IMG/VR virus record: IMGVR_UViG_3300006016_000003
Coordinates: 1-35,549 of that record
From: a virus
Lineage: Duplodnaviria; Caudoviricetes
Length of the DNA stretch: 35,549 nucleotides
Reading direction: 5' to 3' (one strand)
Shown: piece after piece, positions 8,038 to 18,000 of the stretch
How positions within the stretch are numbered: position 1 is the first letter of the stretch
Layout of the letters: the number at the start of each line of letters is the position of its first letter
Made by a program: the position numbers and the translations under genes
Notes under the pieces: model-generated
The model's database searches: none
What the model saw: only the letters and a program-made list of their open reading frames with translations
Told to the model about the DNA's origin: nothing

Positions 8038-8068
8038 TGTCGTGTCTCCCGAAGCTCTTAATTGAGCC

Positions 8069-8122
8069 TGTATATAAAGTGTCATAGCAATCGGTTCTAT
8101 ATACAAGGGTTATATACAAGAA
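8069..8122 (-). promoter_or_regulatory. Promoter TTGTAT-17-GACACT with TTGTATATA operator-like repeats
   Basis: Same blocks and spacing as 29452-29505. Confidence 0.7.
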
Positions 8123-8149
8123 AATCCGTCACATCGAAAATATTGTTAA

Positions 8150-8479
8150 CTAATGAACAGTGGTATGGAGATTTGCGAGAATATCATTGATGATATTATT
8201 CCGATCTGGCTTAACTATATCAATGTAATCGGCGAAATCTTGCGCGCTCCATCCGAGAGTGTAAGCTTCAACCGCTGCAAGAATTTCGGATTGCTCAGCG
8301 CTGACGTGAGCAAAAGGAATGCCTTCTTGTTCAAGAAGCTCACACTGCCTAAAATGCCAGTACTCGACTTCTTCATTCATCGATTTCTCAGCCACGATGA
8401 CTTGAGCATGCTCAAGTCCGAGGTCTGAAAACCACTCTAAAAACGTTAGCATGGCGGCGTTAGTTTGGTCTTCTGACAT
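8150..8479 (-). CDS. Hypothetical acidic protein (109 aa)
   Basis: ATG 8479 with AGGAAG upstream; downstream of the A1-like gene. Confidence 0.55.
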   Translation of the reverse strand: MSEDQTNAAMLTFLEWFSDLGLEHAQVIVAEKSMNEEVEYWHFRQCELLEQEGIPFAHVSAEQSEILAAVEAYTLGWSAQDFADYIDIVKPDRNNIINDILANLHTTVH

Positions 8480-8554
8480 TTTGATCTTCCTGTTGGTGGT
8501 CGGACTCACATAGCCGTCGAGAGCCCAACCGCAATAGCAGAGCAAAATTAATTT

Positions 8555-10390
8555 TCAGGCTCTCCATTTTCCATCGACGAGCGGGATAAGTTGCATCGCA
8601 CCGTCAGGATGTTCGATGCCGAATGAGTGACCCCAATTGTTTGGGCCCTGCGCATGGGGCGGTGTGTCGATGATACAGCCAAGCCTAGTCAGCTGGCGCA
8701 ATGACTCGGCTGCGTGGTTGTGTGCGGCCGCGATGTCAAAGCCCATGTTCTTGAAGTTCGTGTTGGAGCCAGTGGTGCCGTTAGAACCTCTGTCACCGTG
8801 ACAATGGAAGTAAGCCTTGAAGAAGCGTAGTGGTTCAGAGAATTTTGATGAGATGAATTTTGCGGCTGGGTTTGCGAGGCGGAGGGCGTAAGCAAGAGGG
8901 TCAAAATCCCTATCACCCGCCGCGAATGCCTCGACCTGTGCGAGGTTTACCTTGAGAAATGTGGCAGCGTTTTTGAGGTTTCGCTTCCAATCGGTTTCTA
9001 TCAGATACCGACTAAAATGGCGATTGTGATTGCTATCAATTACCCATGTATTGCGCCGCTCTGACCCGATCGCTTCAATAAAATCTGCGGTAAGCTTGAG
9101 TTCCGCGGCGACATCATCATCGCCGTCTACCTCGCGCTGGATCGTGAGAAATGGGTTTTTGCGTGTGTGTGGAGAGATGGAATAGGCATCAAAGACATCG
9201 TGAATTACCTGCTCACTGGGATCAATAGCTTCGACGACGGAGATATCGTCTGACGGCTTGCCACCCAGACCCCATATTGCCTTGGCACAGAGCTTGTTGA
9301 GCCACCGCACGTGTACGCACCCCACTGCAAGGACAGGCCGTTTTAGCTGACGCTCAGCGATGACGGTGGAAGCATCCCGAACGACACCATTTTCGACGCA
9401 GATATCGATATCCCAGAGATCGCCAGTGATCGGGTTGCATCTAACGTTTCGGGTGAAGATGCGGCCTTGGAGATCGCACTCGATGATGACACCACCAAGG
9501 GCGTGATTGGCGATAGCGACCATGCCGACTTTAGATCGAGAATAATTTGGGACTGTGACCGTACCGGTAGCTCGGGCAGACGCTTGAAGGCCGTCCTGGA
9601 ATTTCGGCAGCGTCACCATATCCTGGCGCATGCTACCGAAAACATGAGACTGGCCTCGGCAGTAGGCGGCAACGCCGTCCAGGGGGGTCTCGTGAGTGGG
9701 CTTGATGGGATATGCGCCGTCGATGACTATGCCGCCGAAGTCGTGGCGCTCTGTCGTCACGTACCTATCTACCGCCGACGACCATTCAGAAACCTCATCG
9801 GTTTTCGAGGCGGCACCTGTGGGCTTTGATTCAACGCCGATGACGGAGAGTGAGAGGCCTCGGTAGCCGCAGAGTGCTGACAGTGCCATTAGGGCAGGGC
9901 CGTGGACTGGAGTGTGGGCTTGGGCGCTTGTGACGAGTATACCCCATTTCAGGGGTCTGGCTGGCTTAGCTTCAACGAAAAGCTGATCGTGTCCTTTGGG
10001 GCCTTGCCATCCATCCGGCCACATCGTGCCTGCATCATGGATGACCTTCTTCGTTTTGATATTTCCCTTTGCGTCAGTTTCTGTGATGAGCTTAGGTTCG
10101 GCGAATTCTCTGACCCAGCCATCTCTGAAATTCGTGAGATCGGTGGCGTTCTCGCGGGGCGCAAAAGATGCGGTCGATGGGGTGGTGTCAGTCGTGTCGA
10201 TGATGGTGGGCGAGGGGATCGGTTTGGGCGCTTCTGGCTCTGGCCGACTGCGCAGCTTCTCAAGAGCATACCGAGCCTGTTTTTCAGTGCATCCCAGCGC
10301 CCCAGCGATCTCCTTGCGAGTGCGCTCTTGAAGTCCGAGTGCGGCTATTTTAGTAGAACGTTCTTCTACAGTATTGATTTCATTATTCAT
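8555..10390 (-). CDS. HTH plus calcineurin-like metallophosphoesterase, phage T5 A1-like
   Basis: N-terminal HTH (TRKEIAGALGCTEKQARYAL); VTSAQ..TPVH, TGTVT.PNYS, G(C)VH, HDVFD, SNH, HGD.G.NG and HNH motifs; SD GGGAGA. Confidence 0.7.
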   Translation of the reverse strand: MNNEINTVEERSTKIAALGLQERTRKEIAGALGCTEKQARYALEKLRSRPEPEAPKPIPSPTIIDTTDTTPSTASFAPRENATDLTNFRDGWVREFAEPKLITETDAKGNIKTKKVIHDAGTMWPDGWQGPKGHDQLFVEAKPARPLKWGILVTSAQAHTPVHGPALMALSALCGYRGLSLSVIGVESKPTGAASKTDEVSEWSSAVDRYVTTERHDFGGIVIDGAYPIKPTHETPLDGVAAYCRGQSHVFGSMRQDMVTLPKFQDGLQASARATGTVTVPNYSRSKVGMVAIANHALGGVIIECDLQGRIFTRNVRCNPITGDLWDIDICVENGVVRDASTVIAERQLKRPVLAVGCVHVRWLNKLCAKAIWGLGGKPSDDISVVEAIDPSEQVIHDVFDAYSISPHTRKNPFLTIQREVDGDDDVAAELKLTADFIEAIGSERRNTWVIDSNHNRHFSRYLIETDWKRNLKNAATFLKVNLAQVEAFAAGDRDFDPLAYALRLANPAAKFISSKFSEPLRFFKAYFHCHGDRGSNGTTGSNTNFKNMGFDIAAAHNHAAESLRQLTRLGCIIDTPPHAQGPNNWGHSFGIEHPDGAMQLIPLVDGKWRA

Positions 10391-10446
10391 GTGATGTCTC
10401 CCTATTCACATAGAGGACTGTTTGTGCGCATAACGCGAATAGCAAA

Positions 10447-10464
10447 TATTCGCCGGCAGGAATT
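10447..10464 (-). promoter_or_regulatory. CGCCGGC box copy upstream of the A1-like gene
   Basis: TATTCGCCGGCAGGAATT, 57 bp upstream of the ATG. Confidence 0.6.
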
Positions 10465-10465
10465 G

Positions 10466-10801
10466 TCAAAGACCGAACTTTGCGCGGAGATATGGCACCA
10501 AAAACAAAGAAATGCCGACCCAACCAAGGCTAAAAATTGCTAACACACCCTTGAAATACGCCTTATATCCCGAGAGGTCGGTTTTTATTGTCGCGACATC
10601 TGTTTTCAGTGTTGAGATATCGCCGTCATGACGGGCATGATTGACGAGGCTAATTTTTACATGAGAGACATCAGTTTTTAGATTGGTGATTTCTTGATCA
10701 TGACGAGCTTGACCGACAATAAAGTTGTCAATCTTTCCCTCAACGCGACCCATAGACTCGGCGAGATTATAGATTTTGTCGTTGAGATTATTGTCGGTCA
10801 T
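10466..10801 (-). CDS. XhlA-like coiled-coil protein with C-terminal TM (possible holin-like)
   Basis: GRVEGKID coiled coil, 23-aa internal duplication, C-terminal TM helix. Confidence 0.55.
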   Translation of the reverse strand: MTDNNLNDKIYNLAESMGRVEGKIDNFIVGQARHDQEITNLKTDVSHVKISLVNHARHDGDISTLKTDVATIKTDLSGYKAYFKGVLAIFSLGWVGISLFLVPYLRAKFGL

Positions 10802-10879
10802 GGTGCTGTCCATAAATTCAAGTGTTAGGTTATAACGGCACATTTAGCCGCAAGTTTCGAGTGCCGCCGGTCGCTTTTA

Positions 10880-12109
10880 TTAGGCCGCTTCGAGAGCCGT
10901 CAGACGCTGGTTGTGATAGTAGATTGCCGTTTCGATATCTGTGATGCGCGTGCCATGGTCATAGATAGTGGCGGTCATGCTGGTGATATTCGTAGCGATG
11001 GTATTGAGCGCGTTCTGCAGGTTGGCATCCGTATAGAAATCGTCCATGTAGCCCAGATCAAGTTCTACATACCCCGCTGGAAGTTCAGCCAACAGATTGT
11101 CGAGCGACTGCAACTGCAATCCGATTTGGATCAGTGCTTCCTGCACCGTTGCGCCAGTAATTCCCCACGCATTCCCTGGATAGGAAACGTCGGACGAGGT
11201 GACGGTGGTCGCGCCTGGTAGTTCCGAAAAAGCGGTCACGACATCGGCAATCGCGGCTTGAACATCGGTCGCCGTCGTCACCGATCCCAAACCAGTCGGA
11301 TCAAACGATGTCGTTGCGGCAGTGCTTGAACCAGACCCTGGCTCGATAGCGTCGATCTGAACCTTGATGTCTTCCAGGGCCGCCTGAACGGTCGCCCCTG
11401 CAACGCCAGTGATGGCTGCGACTGAGACGGTGGAGGCCGCGATATCGGCATCAAGTCGACCAGTGACTTCTTCAAGGGCGCTCTGCACATCGGTGGCGGT
11501 CATAGAGCCAACAGGCTCCACAGAGACGCTCTCGGCGGCGGTGGAACGAGTAGCTAGCTCAGTGAGGGCGGCTTCGACATCCGTAGCTGCAAGCCCCGAG
11601 GCGGCTGGATCGAAAGTCACAGCGTCAGCCGTGGTCTCGCCGCCGAGGCTCTCAGCAAGCTCTTCGATTGCGTCCTGCATCGTCATCGCGTCGAGGCCAG
11701 TAGCGCCAGGTTCAAATGCAATGGATGTCGCACCGGTCGAACCAAGTTGAGACCATTTCCCAGCCGCAAGATCGTCGGCGAATACGTCAGCAGTGTGTGC
11801 CACACGGCAGAGATATGTACCGCCCAGATGGTTGACGATGTGACGTGTGGTGTAGCCGATCAGGCTCTCCCAATCGCCCACCTGAGCCAGCATTGCGGGG
11901 AAGGGGATACTGGCAACCTCTTCGCCTTCAGAATCGAGGAATCGGAGGTACTGACCAGTGACATCGTCGACAAGGGCAATGGCTGATACGGGGAGGGCCT
12001 CAGCACCACTGCCGTTGACGGCGGCTTCGATCAGCGCCCAATTCTCGTCGACTTCCTCTTTGGTGAGCGGTCTTCCAAGCTCGTCATATTTGAAAAGTGC
12101 CATCGTCAT
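10880..12109 (-). CDS. Putative tail fibre/appendage with CBM5/12-like motif and AxxVxF...ATDVQAAL repeats
   Basis: GRPLT..EVD.N N-terminus, W...GY....IVNHLGGTYLC..AHT...W motif, about 7 repeats; last gene of the tail module. Confidence 0.65.
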   Translation of the reverse strand: MTMALFKYDELGRPLTKEEVDENWALIEAAVNGSGAEALPVSAIALVDDVTGQYLRFLDSEGEEVASIPFPAMLAQVGDWESLIGYTTRHIVNHLGGTYLCRVAHTADVFADDLAAGKWSQLGSTGATSIAFEPGATGLDAMTMQDAIEELAESLGGETTADAVTFDPAASGLAATDVEAALTELATRSTAAESVSVEPVGSMTATDVQSALEEVTGRLDADIAASTVSVAAITGVAGATVQAALEDIKVQIDAIEPGSGSSTAATTSFDPTGLGSVTTATDVQAAIADVVTAFSELPGATTVTSSDVSYPGNAWGITGATVQEALIQIGLQLQSLDNLLAELPAGYVELDLGYMDDFYTDANLQNALNTIATNITSMTATIYDHGTRITDIETAIYYHNQRLTALEAA

Positions 12110-12139
12110 TTGATATCTCCATAAGTTCGTAAATTGGGG

Positions 12140-12520
12140 TCACCAGATCGTCCCGGATTCCATGATGGTGACGTATTCCAAAGGACCAGGTGTCGGATAT
12201 CCGGGAGGTGCTCCGCCTGGGTAATACCAAACATTGTTGGCACCCAATCGCATCGGCGCGCCACCTCGGCCTGCGCGGACAGGCTCTCCGTTACCGCTTT
12301 CCTGAGCGATATCAGAGAACATCTTGCCGCTTGATCTTGGGTGTTTGTGTTTGGTGACAATCGCCGTTGACCGCAGCAGACTGATGATGTCGGCAACCTG
12401 GAACGGTGTGCCTTTGATCAGCGAGGGGCTATCGGGTTTCTTCTTGGCTGGGGTTTTTTCCTCTGGACCAGAACCAACATAATCAAGCCACTGTGCAAAT
12501 TCGGAATTCTTGGTCTTCAT
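12140..12520 (-). CDS. Tail module protein, hypothetical
   Basis: SD GGAGG; ATG right after the hub gene stop. Confidence 0.55.
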   Translation of the reverse strand: MKTKNSEFAQWLDYVGSGPEEKTPAKKKPDSPSLIKGTPFQVADIISLLRSTAIVTKHKHPRSSGKMFSDIAQESGNGEPVRAGRGGAPMRLGANNVWYYPGGAPPGYPTPGPLEYVTIMESGTIW

Positions 12521-12521
12521 G

Positions 12522-14474
12522 TCAGCCTCCGTAATCGAGCATAACATCCTTGCGGGAGGTGATCGTTGCGCCGGTCACATTGACCTTGCGTTCGATCACG
12601 CTCTTTGCAGCAAGCGATCTCATCTGAATTTCATAGGTAGTCGGAACGGCGGCAACGGCAGCGACGGCATCGCCATAACCATTCTGTGACATTGCCGCGA
12701 CCGCCAGTTGTTCGGAGAGCAGATTCTTGAATTTCACGGTCTCACAGGCATAGGATGCCTTATCGAGCGCATAGACATTGACTGGCTTCTGAATGCGATC
12801 CCCGCTGATGCTGTAGCGCATATCCCCGACATCGTAGCCAACGCCTTCCGTGTCTGCCCACGCATAACCCGGGGCGAACGCTTCCGAATAAGGCTCGCCA
12901 CCATCTTCAATGGTGCCAGCGACACCGTTGGCGACCGAGACCCCGATGGTCACATCAACGTATCGAACGCGACCTTCGCCGCTCCAGACCTTGGTGAAGG
13001 AGGTGACCTTGCCTTGAACCCAGCCAGCGGGAAAGAAGTGGTGTTCGATACGGACACCGTCGCGCAGCGTGATGTCGTGAAGGTCTTCCCATCGACCTCG
13101 AAATGTCACCGAGAGCGCCCTGAGACGCTTACGGAGGAAAGCCCGAACGCGCAGTAGCCCATGCTGCGCAAGATCGTGGCCGCGATCCGTTTGGAAGAAC
13201 GAAGCGGACCGCTTGTCCTTGAGGGCGACATCTTTTGTGGTGCGAACCCATCGCATCATCCAGGGCTGAAGCAAGGCCTCAGGGTAGTCTTCCCAATCGG
13301 GAAGGATGCGGTTGAAGGTGTTGGCAGATGTGTGTGCATCCTGGCAGAGCCAAGCCACGTTGCGATGGATGACCTTGTCTCCAGCCAGGTAGTCGATGCC
13401 GCTTTCCCAGACTGGTGTCGTCGCATCCTCGGTCAAAGAGTTCAGAGCGATATCGTCCAGCTCTGCCTCTTCGAATCCAAAAGCCCGAACGTCTTGAACG
13501 TCTGCTGTGGCGGTGACTTTGAGGATTTCCCGCCGTGCCTGCCGATAGCTGAATTTCATCGGAAAGCTGACAGCCTTGTAGGTGTAAAGCGCCAAGGGCA
13601 TCACACCGTATCGCGTCCGCACCCAACTGCGGTCAACGATGCCACTGGTATGCATGCGCTGATGCAGGACGGTCTGATAGCGGCCGTCATAGTACTGCCT
13701 CGTCGTCAGCCCTTGCGATCCCTCGGCGATCACTTCGCCGACGCTCCAGCCTGAATTGTCGAGGTCGCCACTCTCCCCGATCGAGGAGAAATCAGTCAGG
13801 GTCTGGCGACCGTTTACGCCGCCGCCGAAATTGACAACACTTGCGATGTCGACTTCACCGTCAGCTTCCTGCGTCCACTCACCGATGAAATTCATAGAGG
13901 CTGTTCGAACCGGTGGCATCACCAGGGATGGGTCCATTGAGTTTCGGGAGTAATGCGGCCCCAAGTCTACGAGGCGGTCGAAATCGAGGATATCGGACAG
14001 CGTGATTTCATGCGTCACAGGGTCGACGTGGAACATCTCGCTACGCGCCTCAAGGACGACAGCAGGATCGGTGATATCGGTGATGCTGCCTGAAATCAGT
14101 TCGTCGACGTATGGCCGAAAGCACTTGGTGCGGGCGAAGGCGAGGAGCTTCTCGTCGAAGTTATCGGGCTGAGCCAGAAATTCGAGGTTGATCAGGTTTT
14201 CGGCGAGGTTTGCAGGCATAGAATTGGCAACGCCGCGGAACACCAGACGCAGGTCTTCACCTTCGTCCGCCCATGACACCAGAAGGTATTGATCACGACC
14301 AGGAGCCATGATGCCGATCCCCAAGTTCTCGCAGGTGATCGTCAATTTGAGGACTCCGCCCTCTTGCATCTCGAAGCTGTAGCGGGTGGCTCTGAGGTCT
14401 TTGCGACCATGCACGATCCCGTCAAAGACGGTGTCGATGGTGCTGACCCAAGCGTTGCAAATTCTGGAGCTCAT
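12522..14474 (-). CDS. Tail tip/baseplate hub protein with CBM5/12-like insert
   Basis: 650 aa; second gene after the tape measure; WESGIDY..GDKV.H....W.C...HTS motif. Confidence 0.7.
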   Translation of the reverse strand: MSSRICNAWVSTIDTVFDGIVHGRKDLRATRYSFEMQEGGVLKLTITCENLGIGIMAPGRDQYLLVSWADEGEDLRLVFRGVANSMPANLAENLINLEFLAQPDNFDEKLLAFARTKCFRPYVDELISGSITDITDPAVVLEARSEMFHVDPVTHEITLSDILDFDRLVDLGPHYSRNSMDPSLVMPPVRTASMNFIGEWTQEADGEVDIASVVNFGGGVNGRQTLTDFSSIGESGDLDNSGWSVGEVIAEGSQGLTTRQYYDGRYQTVLHQRMHTSGIVDRSWVRTRYGVMPLALYTYKAVSFPMKFSYRQARREILKVTATADVQDVRAFGFEEAELDDIALNSLTEDATTPVWESGIDYLAGDKVIHRNVAWLCQDAHTSANTFNRILPDWEDYPEALLQPWMMRWVRTTKDVALKDKRSASFFQTDRGHDLAQHGLLRVRAFLRKRLRALSVTFRGRWEDLHDITLRDGVRIEHHFFPAGWVQGKVTSFTKVWSGEGRVRYVDVTIGVSVANGVAGTIEDGGEPYSEAFAPGYAWADTEGVGYDVGDMRYSISGDRIQKPVNVYALDKASYACETVKFKNLLSEQLAVAAMSQNGYGDAVAAVAAVPTTYEIQMRSLAAKSVIERKVNVTGATITSRKDVMLDYGG

Positions 14475-14475
14475 A

Positions 14476-15003
14476 TCACTTCTCCGTCAAGCCGATGGTC
14501 CAGGCGACCTTGCCCGACCACTCGCCTCTATCTTTGGGTTTCTGGATGAGAAACGCCCTGATCTTCGGACGGAATTCGACGAAGCCTGCTTTGCTCTGGC
14601 CGAACAGGGTGACGACGCGAGGTGATGCCCAAGTCCACTGCGATGTTGCGATGGTGGTCTTGTCATCAAGGAAGACGGTCATGTCTTCATCTGACCAGGC
14701 CGCACGTGGCAGGGTGACCGAGGTCTGCCCCGCTTCGAACGGGACCTGCCAGGGGTCGATGAGGATGACATCAAGCTCCGACAACAGCGGCACATGCATT
14801 ATCGCAGGAGCCGCCCAATCACCCGAGCATGTGTAGGTGATCGTCATCTTGTCTGCGCCAGGGATGGTGATAACGAAGCCCTCGCCAACAGCGTCGCGGT
14901 GCAGTTCGCCGCTCTCCTCGAAGTCGATTGATTCCGTGATGCCCCTGCCTGCGCCTGGCAGGAATTGGATGGTGCTGAGCGAGAGGGTTGTGTTCTTTTT
15001 CAT
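14476..15003 (-). CDS. Distal tail protein-like
   Basis: Directly after the tape measure; beta-rich 175 aa; start ATG 15003. Confidence 0.6.
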   Translation of the reverse strand: MKKNTTLSLSTIQFLPGAGRGITESIDFEESGELHRDAVGEGFVITIPGADKMTITYTCSGDWAAPAIMHVPLLSELDVILIDPWQVPFEAGQTSVTLPRAAWSDEDMTVFLDDKTTIATSQWTWASPRVVTLFGQSKAGFVEFRPKIRAFLIQKPKDRGEWSGKVAWTIGLTEK

Positions 15004-15004
15004 A

Positions 15005-18000
15005 TCAGCGGTTCCATCCTGGTGAGCTAGCTGCCGACGTTCTCGAGTACTTGGAGAGCCGTTCAGCAACACCCTCTTCCTCTGTCATCATCACGATCGT
15101 GTCCCCGTTCGAGAGGTTGACGGTGACGGGGGTTTGCGCTGCACTCGGAGCGTTGGTGGGGACTTGAGTAGCCAAGGACATCGGCGACTGTACGGACGCA
15201 CGACCGAGCATTTGGTCGACGACGTTGCCCATGACAGGATTGTTGCCGTACTTCTGCTCGACCAGGGTGTTCCCAGACCCGAGCATGGCGCTGTAGGCCT
15301 TGAACATTTCGGGGTCCATCGACAGCTCGGCTGAAAGCTGACCGTCAATCTGCCCCTGGATTTTCGAATTGGTCCAATATTGGCTGATTTGCTCGAGGAT
15401 CGTTTTGATTGACCCAAGGGTGTTCTCGACGAGGTAGCGCAGGATCGGGGACAAGGTCTCAAGCGCGTTTGACAGTTGCTCGATGAGGTAGATGCCAGTC
15501 GCGTTCAGTCCCTCGAAAACCAATCCCCAATTGAGACTCTTCATGGAAGTCCAGAGGCTATCGAGTGCTGCGCGAGTTGTATCGAAAAGCTTGATCACCT
15601 CGGGGAAACGCTGACGGAAGTTGCCGAGCATATCAGTCGTGAAATTCTTCACGACCTCCAGGGCATCTCCAAAAGTCTCCTCAAGGTATGCGGCCGTGTT
15701 CGGGAAAGTCTTTTTGAATTCGGCCCATGCCCATGTGAACAGCTGCTCGATTTTATCCCAATAGAGGGTAATCCCCGCGAGACCTGCCACGAGCAGAAGA
15801 GGCCATCCAATTATGCCCGTGACGACACCAAGAACCAGTTGGGCGGCTGGCAGAAGGAGATTTTTCAGGGCATTGGTGACAATTCTTGCAGCCGCCGCGC
15901 CGAACTTCCCGACGGCGATGAACAGGCCTGTGGTGCCAATCAGCTGCCCCGCCAGGATCGTGAGAGCGGCTTCAAGAGGTCCCGACATCCCGAAATAATC
16001 CGACATTGCCGTCAGCGCGGGTTTGGCTAGTTCATAGCCAACCACGATCCCATCCCAGATGCGGTTGAGCGCATTGATGATGGTTTCGCTGACGTACCAG
16101 AATGTCGCTGTCCAACCCAGAACCACATCGGCATCACCGCCAGAGTTCCAGAGGTTCCAGAAATCCTTGGTCACCTGGATCAGGTAATCGAACGTCTTCA
16201 CCAAGCCGCCAGTGATCGCGCCTTCGTTGGCAAGCATCCAGTTATTGATTGCTTGAAGAACAGGGATGAGGCTCGGCATGATCTCAGCGGCGAGCTTGTA
16301 CGAGAGGCCGATCATGATCTGCCAGATGTCGTAGGCTTGGATTTTCAGCTTTTCGAGTTCGGCGACCTGCGCCGCCGTAAGGACAACCCCCATTTCCATT
16401 GCGCGCCTTGCGGAGTCGTCAATGCTGGCAGAGCCATCCTTGAGCATCGGCAATAGCTTGGCGAGTTCGGGACCTCCGATGTTCGTGAGGAACTCGATCC
16501 GAACGTTGTCATTCGGCATCGCCTTGACGAGATCAGCCATGCGTCTCAGCACATGGAACTGCGACGTGAGGTCTTTGCCGTCAGAAGTCAGAAGGGGAAT
16601 CTGGAATTTTTGGAAGAGTTCCGAAGCTCCAGCAAACTGCTCTTCCTGCTTCATGATGCCGATCATCGCAGTCCGAAGAGCCTGAGCGCCCGCGACATAG
16701 TCGTCGAACATGATGCCTTGCGAACCGGCCGCATATTTCATTGCGGTGAAGCTATCGAGCGCCTGACCAACGGAAGCCGCGGCGTTCTCGAGTTTCTGCG
16801 CGTTGAACGATGCCAACACGGCAATTGCCGAAATACCTGCCAGGACGGCAGCGCCACCAAGAGCGGCAAGTCCTGCGGCGAGAACTCCGAGCAGGGAGCC
16901 GATGCCAACGCGAAGTGCCGATTTACCGACGGCGAATTCCAGACCCTTGAGGGCGTTTACAAACTTCCAGACATCGCTGCCAGCATCACTGAAGGCACGT
17001 CCGATGCCTCGAGCAACCGCAGTTAGGCGCGGCGCTCTCGCGGTGAAGTCACGACCGCCGCGGTTGATACCAGCAAACGCAGCGCGCAGGGCGGCGAGGT
17101 CAGAGTTCAGGCGGGCAATAGCGGCACGGTCGGCCGTCAGGCGTGCAATGTGGGCGGCACGCTCACCAGCTAGGAGAGTACTGAAACGACGACGTTCGGC
17201 ATCCACTGTCGCCGTGTGAGCCAGTCGCTCACGGTTTAGCTCGTCGCGGTGCAGGGTGCGAGCGGCGTTCAGCCGTGCAGTGTTGGCTGCACGGTCACGC
17301 ATCTGCTGACTGGTGAAATCTGCACGCTCTCTAGCCATCGTCGCGGCATGGGACGAACGCTCGTTTGCTAGGTCGGTGACGAACTGCGCCCGCTCACGAC
17401 CGAGTTGGGCGCGGGATCGGGAACGCTCGGCACCCATCGTGCGGAGGAAGTCCGAACGCTCACGACGAATCTGCTCGTTGTGATCAGTACGAAGCTGGTT
17501 CATGTCAGCTTGGTGCTTGCGGTTTATCCGATCGACTTCACTGGTGTGATCAGCACGAGCGCGGGCTAGCTCGTCACGGAAAGTTCGGCGCTCACGGGCC
17601 ATCTGCTCGTTGAGAGCAGTGCGATCCGTTTCGATGCGAGTGCGTTGAGCGTCCAGATCACGCTGAAGGCGTCTCCGGTTTTCCTCAAGGTCTGCACGCA
17701 GTTTCTCACGAGAGCGCTTGATCTCGTCGTCGATCCGCTGGCGCTCACGAACCATATTGTCGCGATAGTCTTGATCACGCTTGGCATCTCTGGCAGCTTG
17801 CTCGGCGCGGCGGTCCTGAGCATCCTTGATGCGCTTCTCCCGCTCCTGATCACGCTTTCGGCGGGCTTCTTCAGCCGCTTCGCGTTTAGCTTCGGCATCA
17901 GGGGCTGGAGGGGCAGCAGGATCGCGCCGTGGTCTTGGCGGCGGTCTGTTTCTTTCGGCTTCATCGGCGGCACGTGCGCGCTCGTTGATGTTGCCAAACA

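Noticed and set aside
10861-10872. Degenerate CGCCGGT box variants (here and near 35180)
   Set aside because: Core mismatch and no -10 at the 25-nt spacing; not counted as motif copies
12106-12396. Alternative-frame ORF suggesting a frameshift fusion to the fibre gene
   Set aside because: The 12140-12520 ORF ends normally and the fibre gene has its own SD (GGAG); no slippery site recognised
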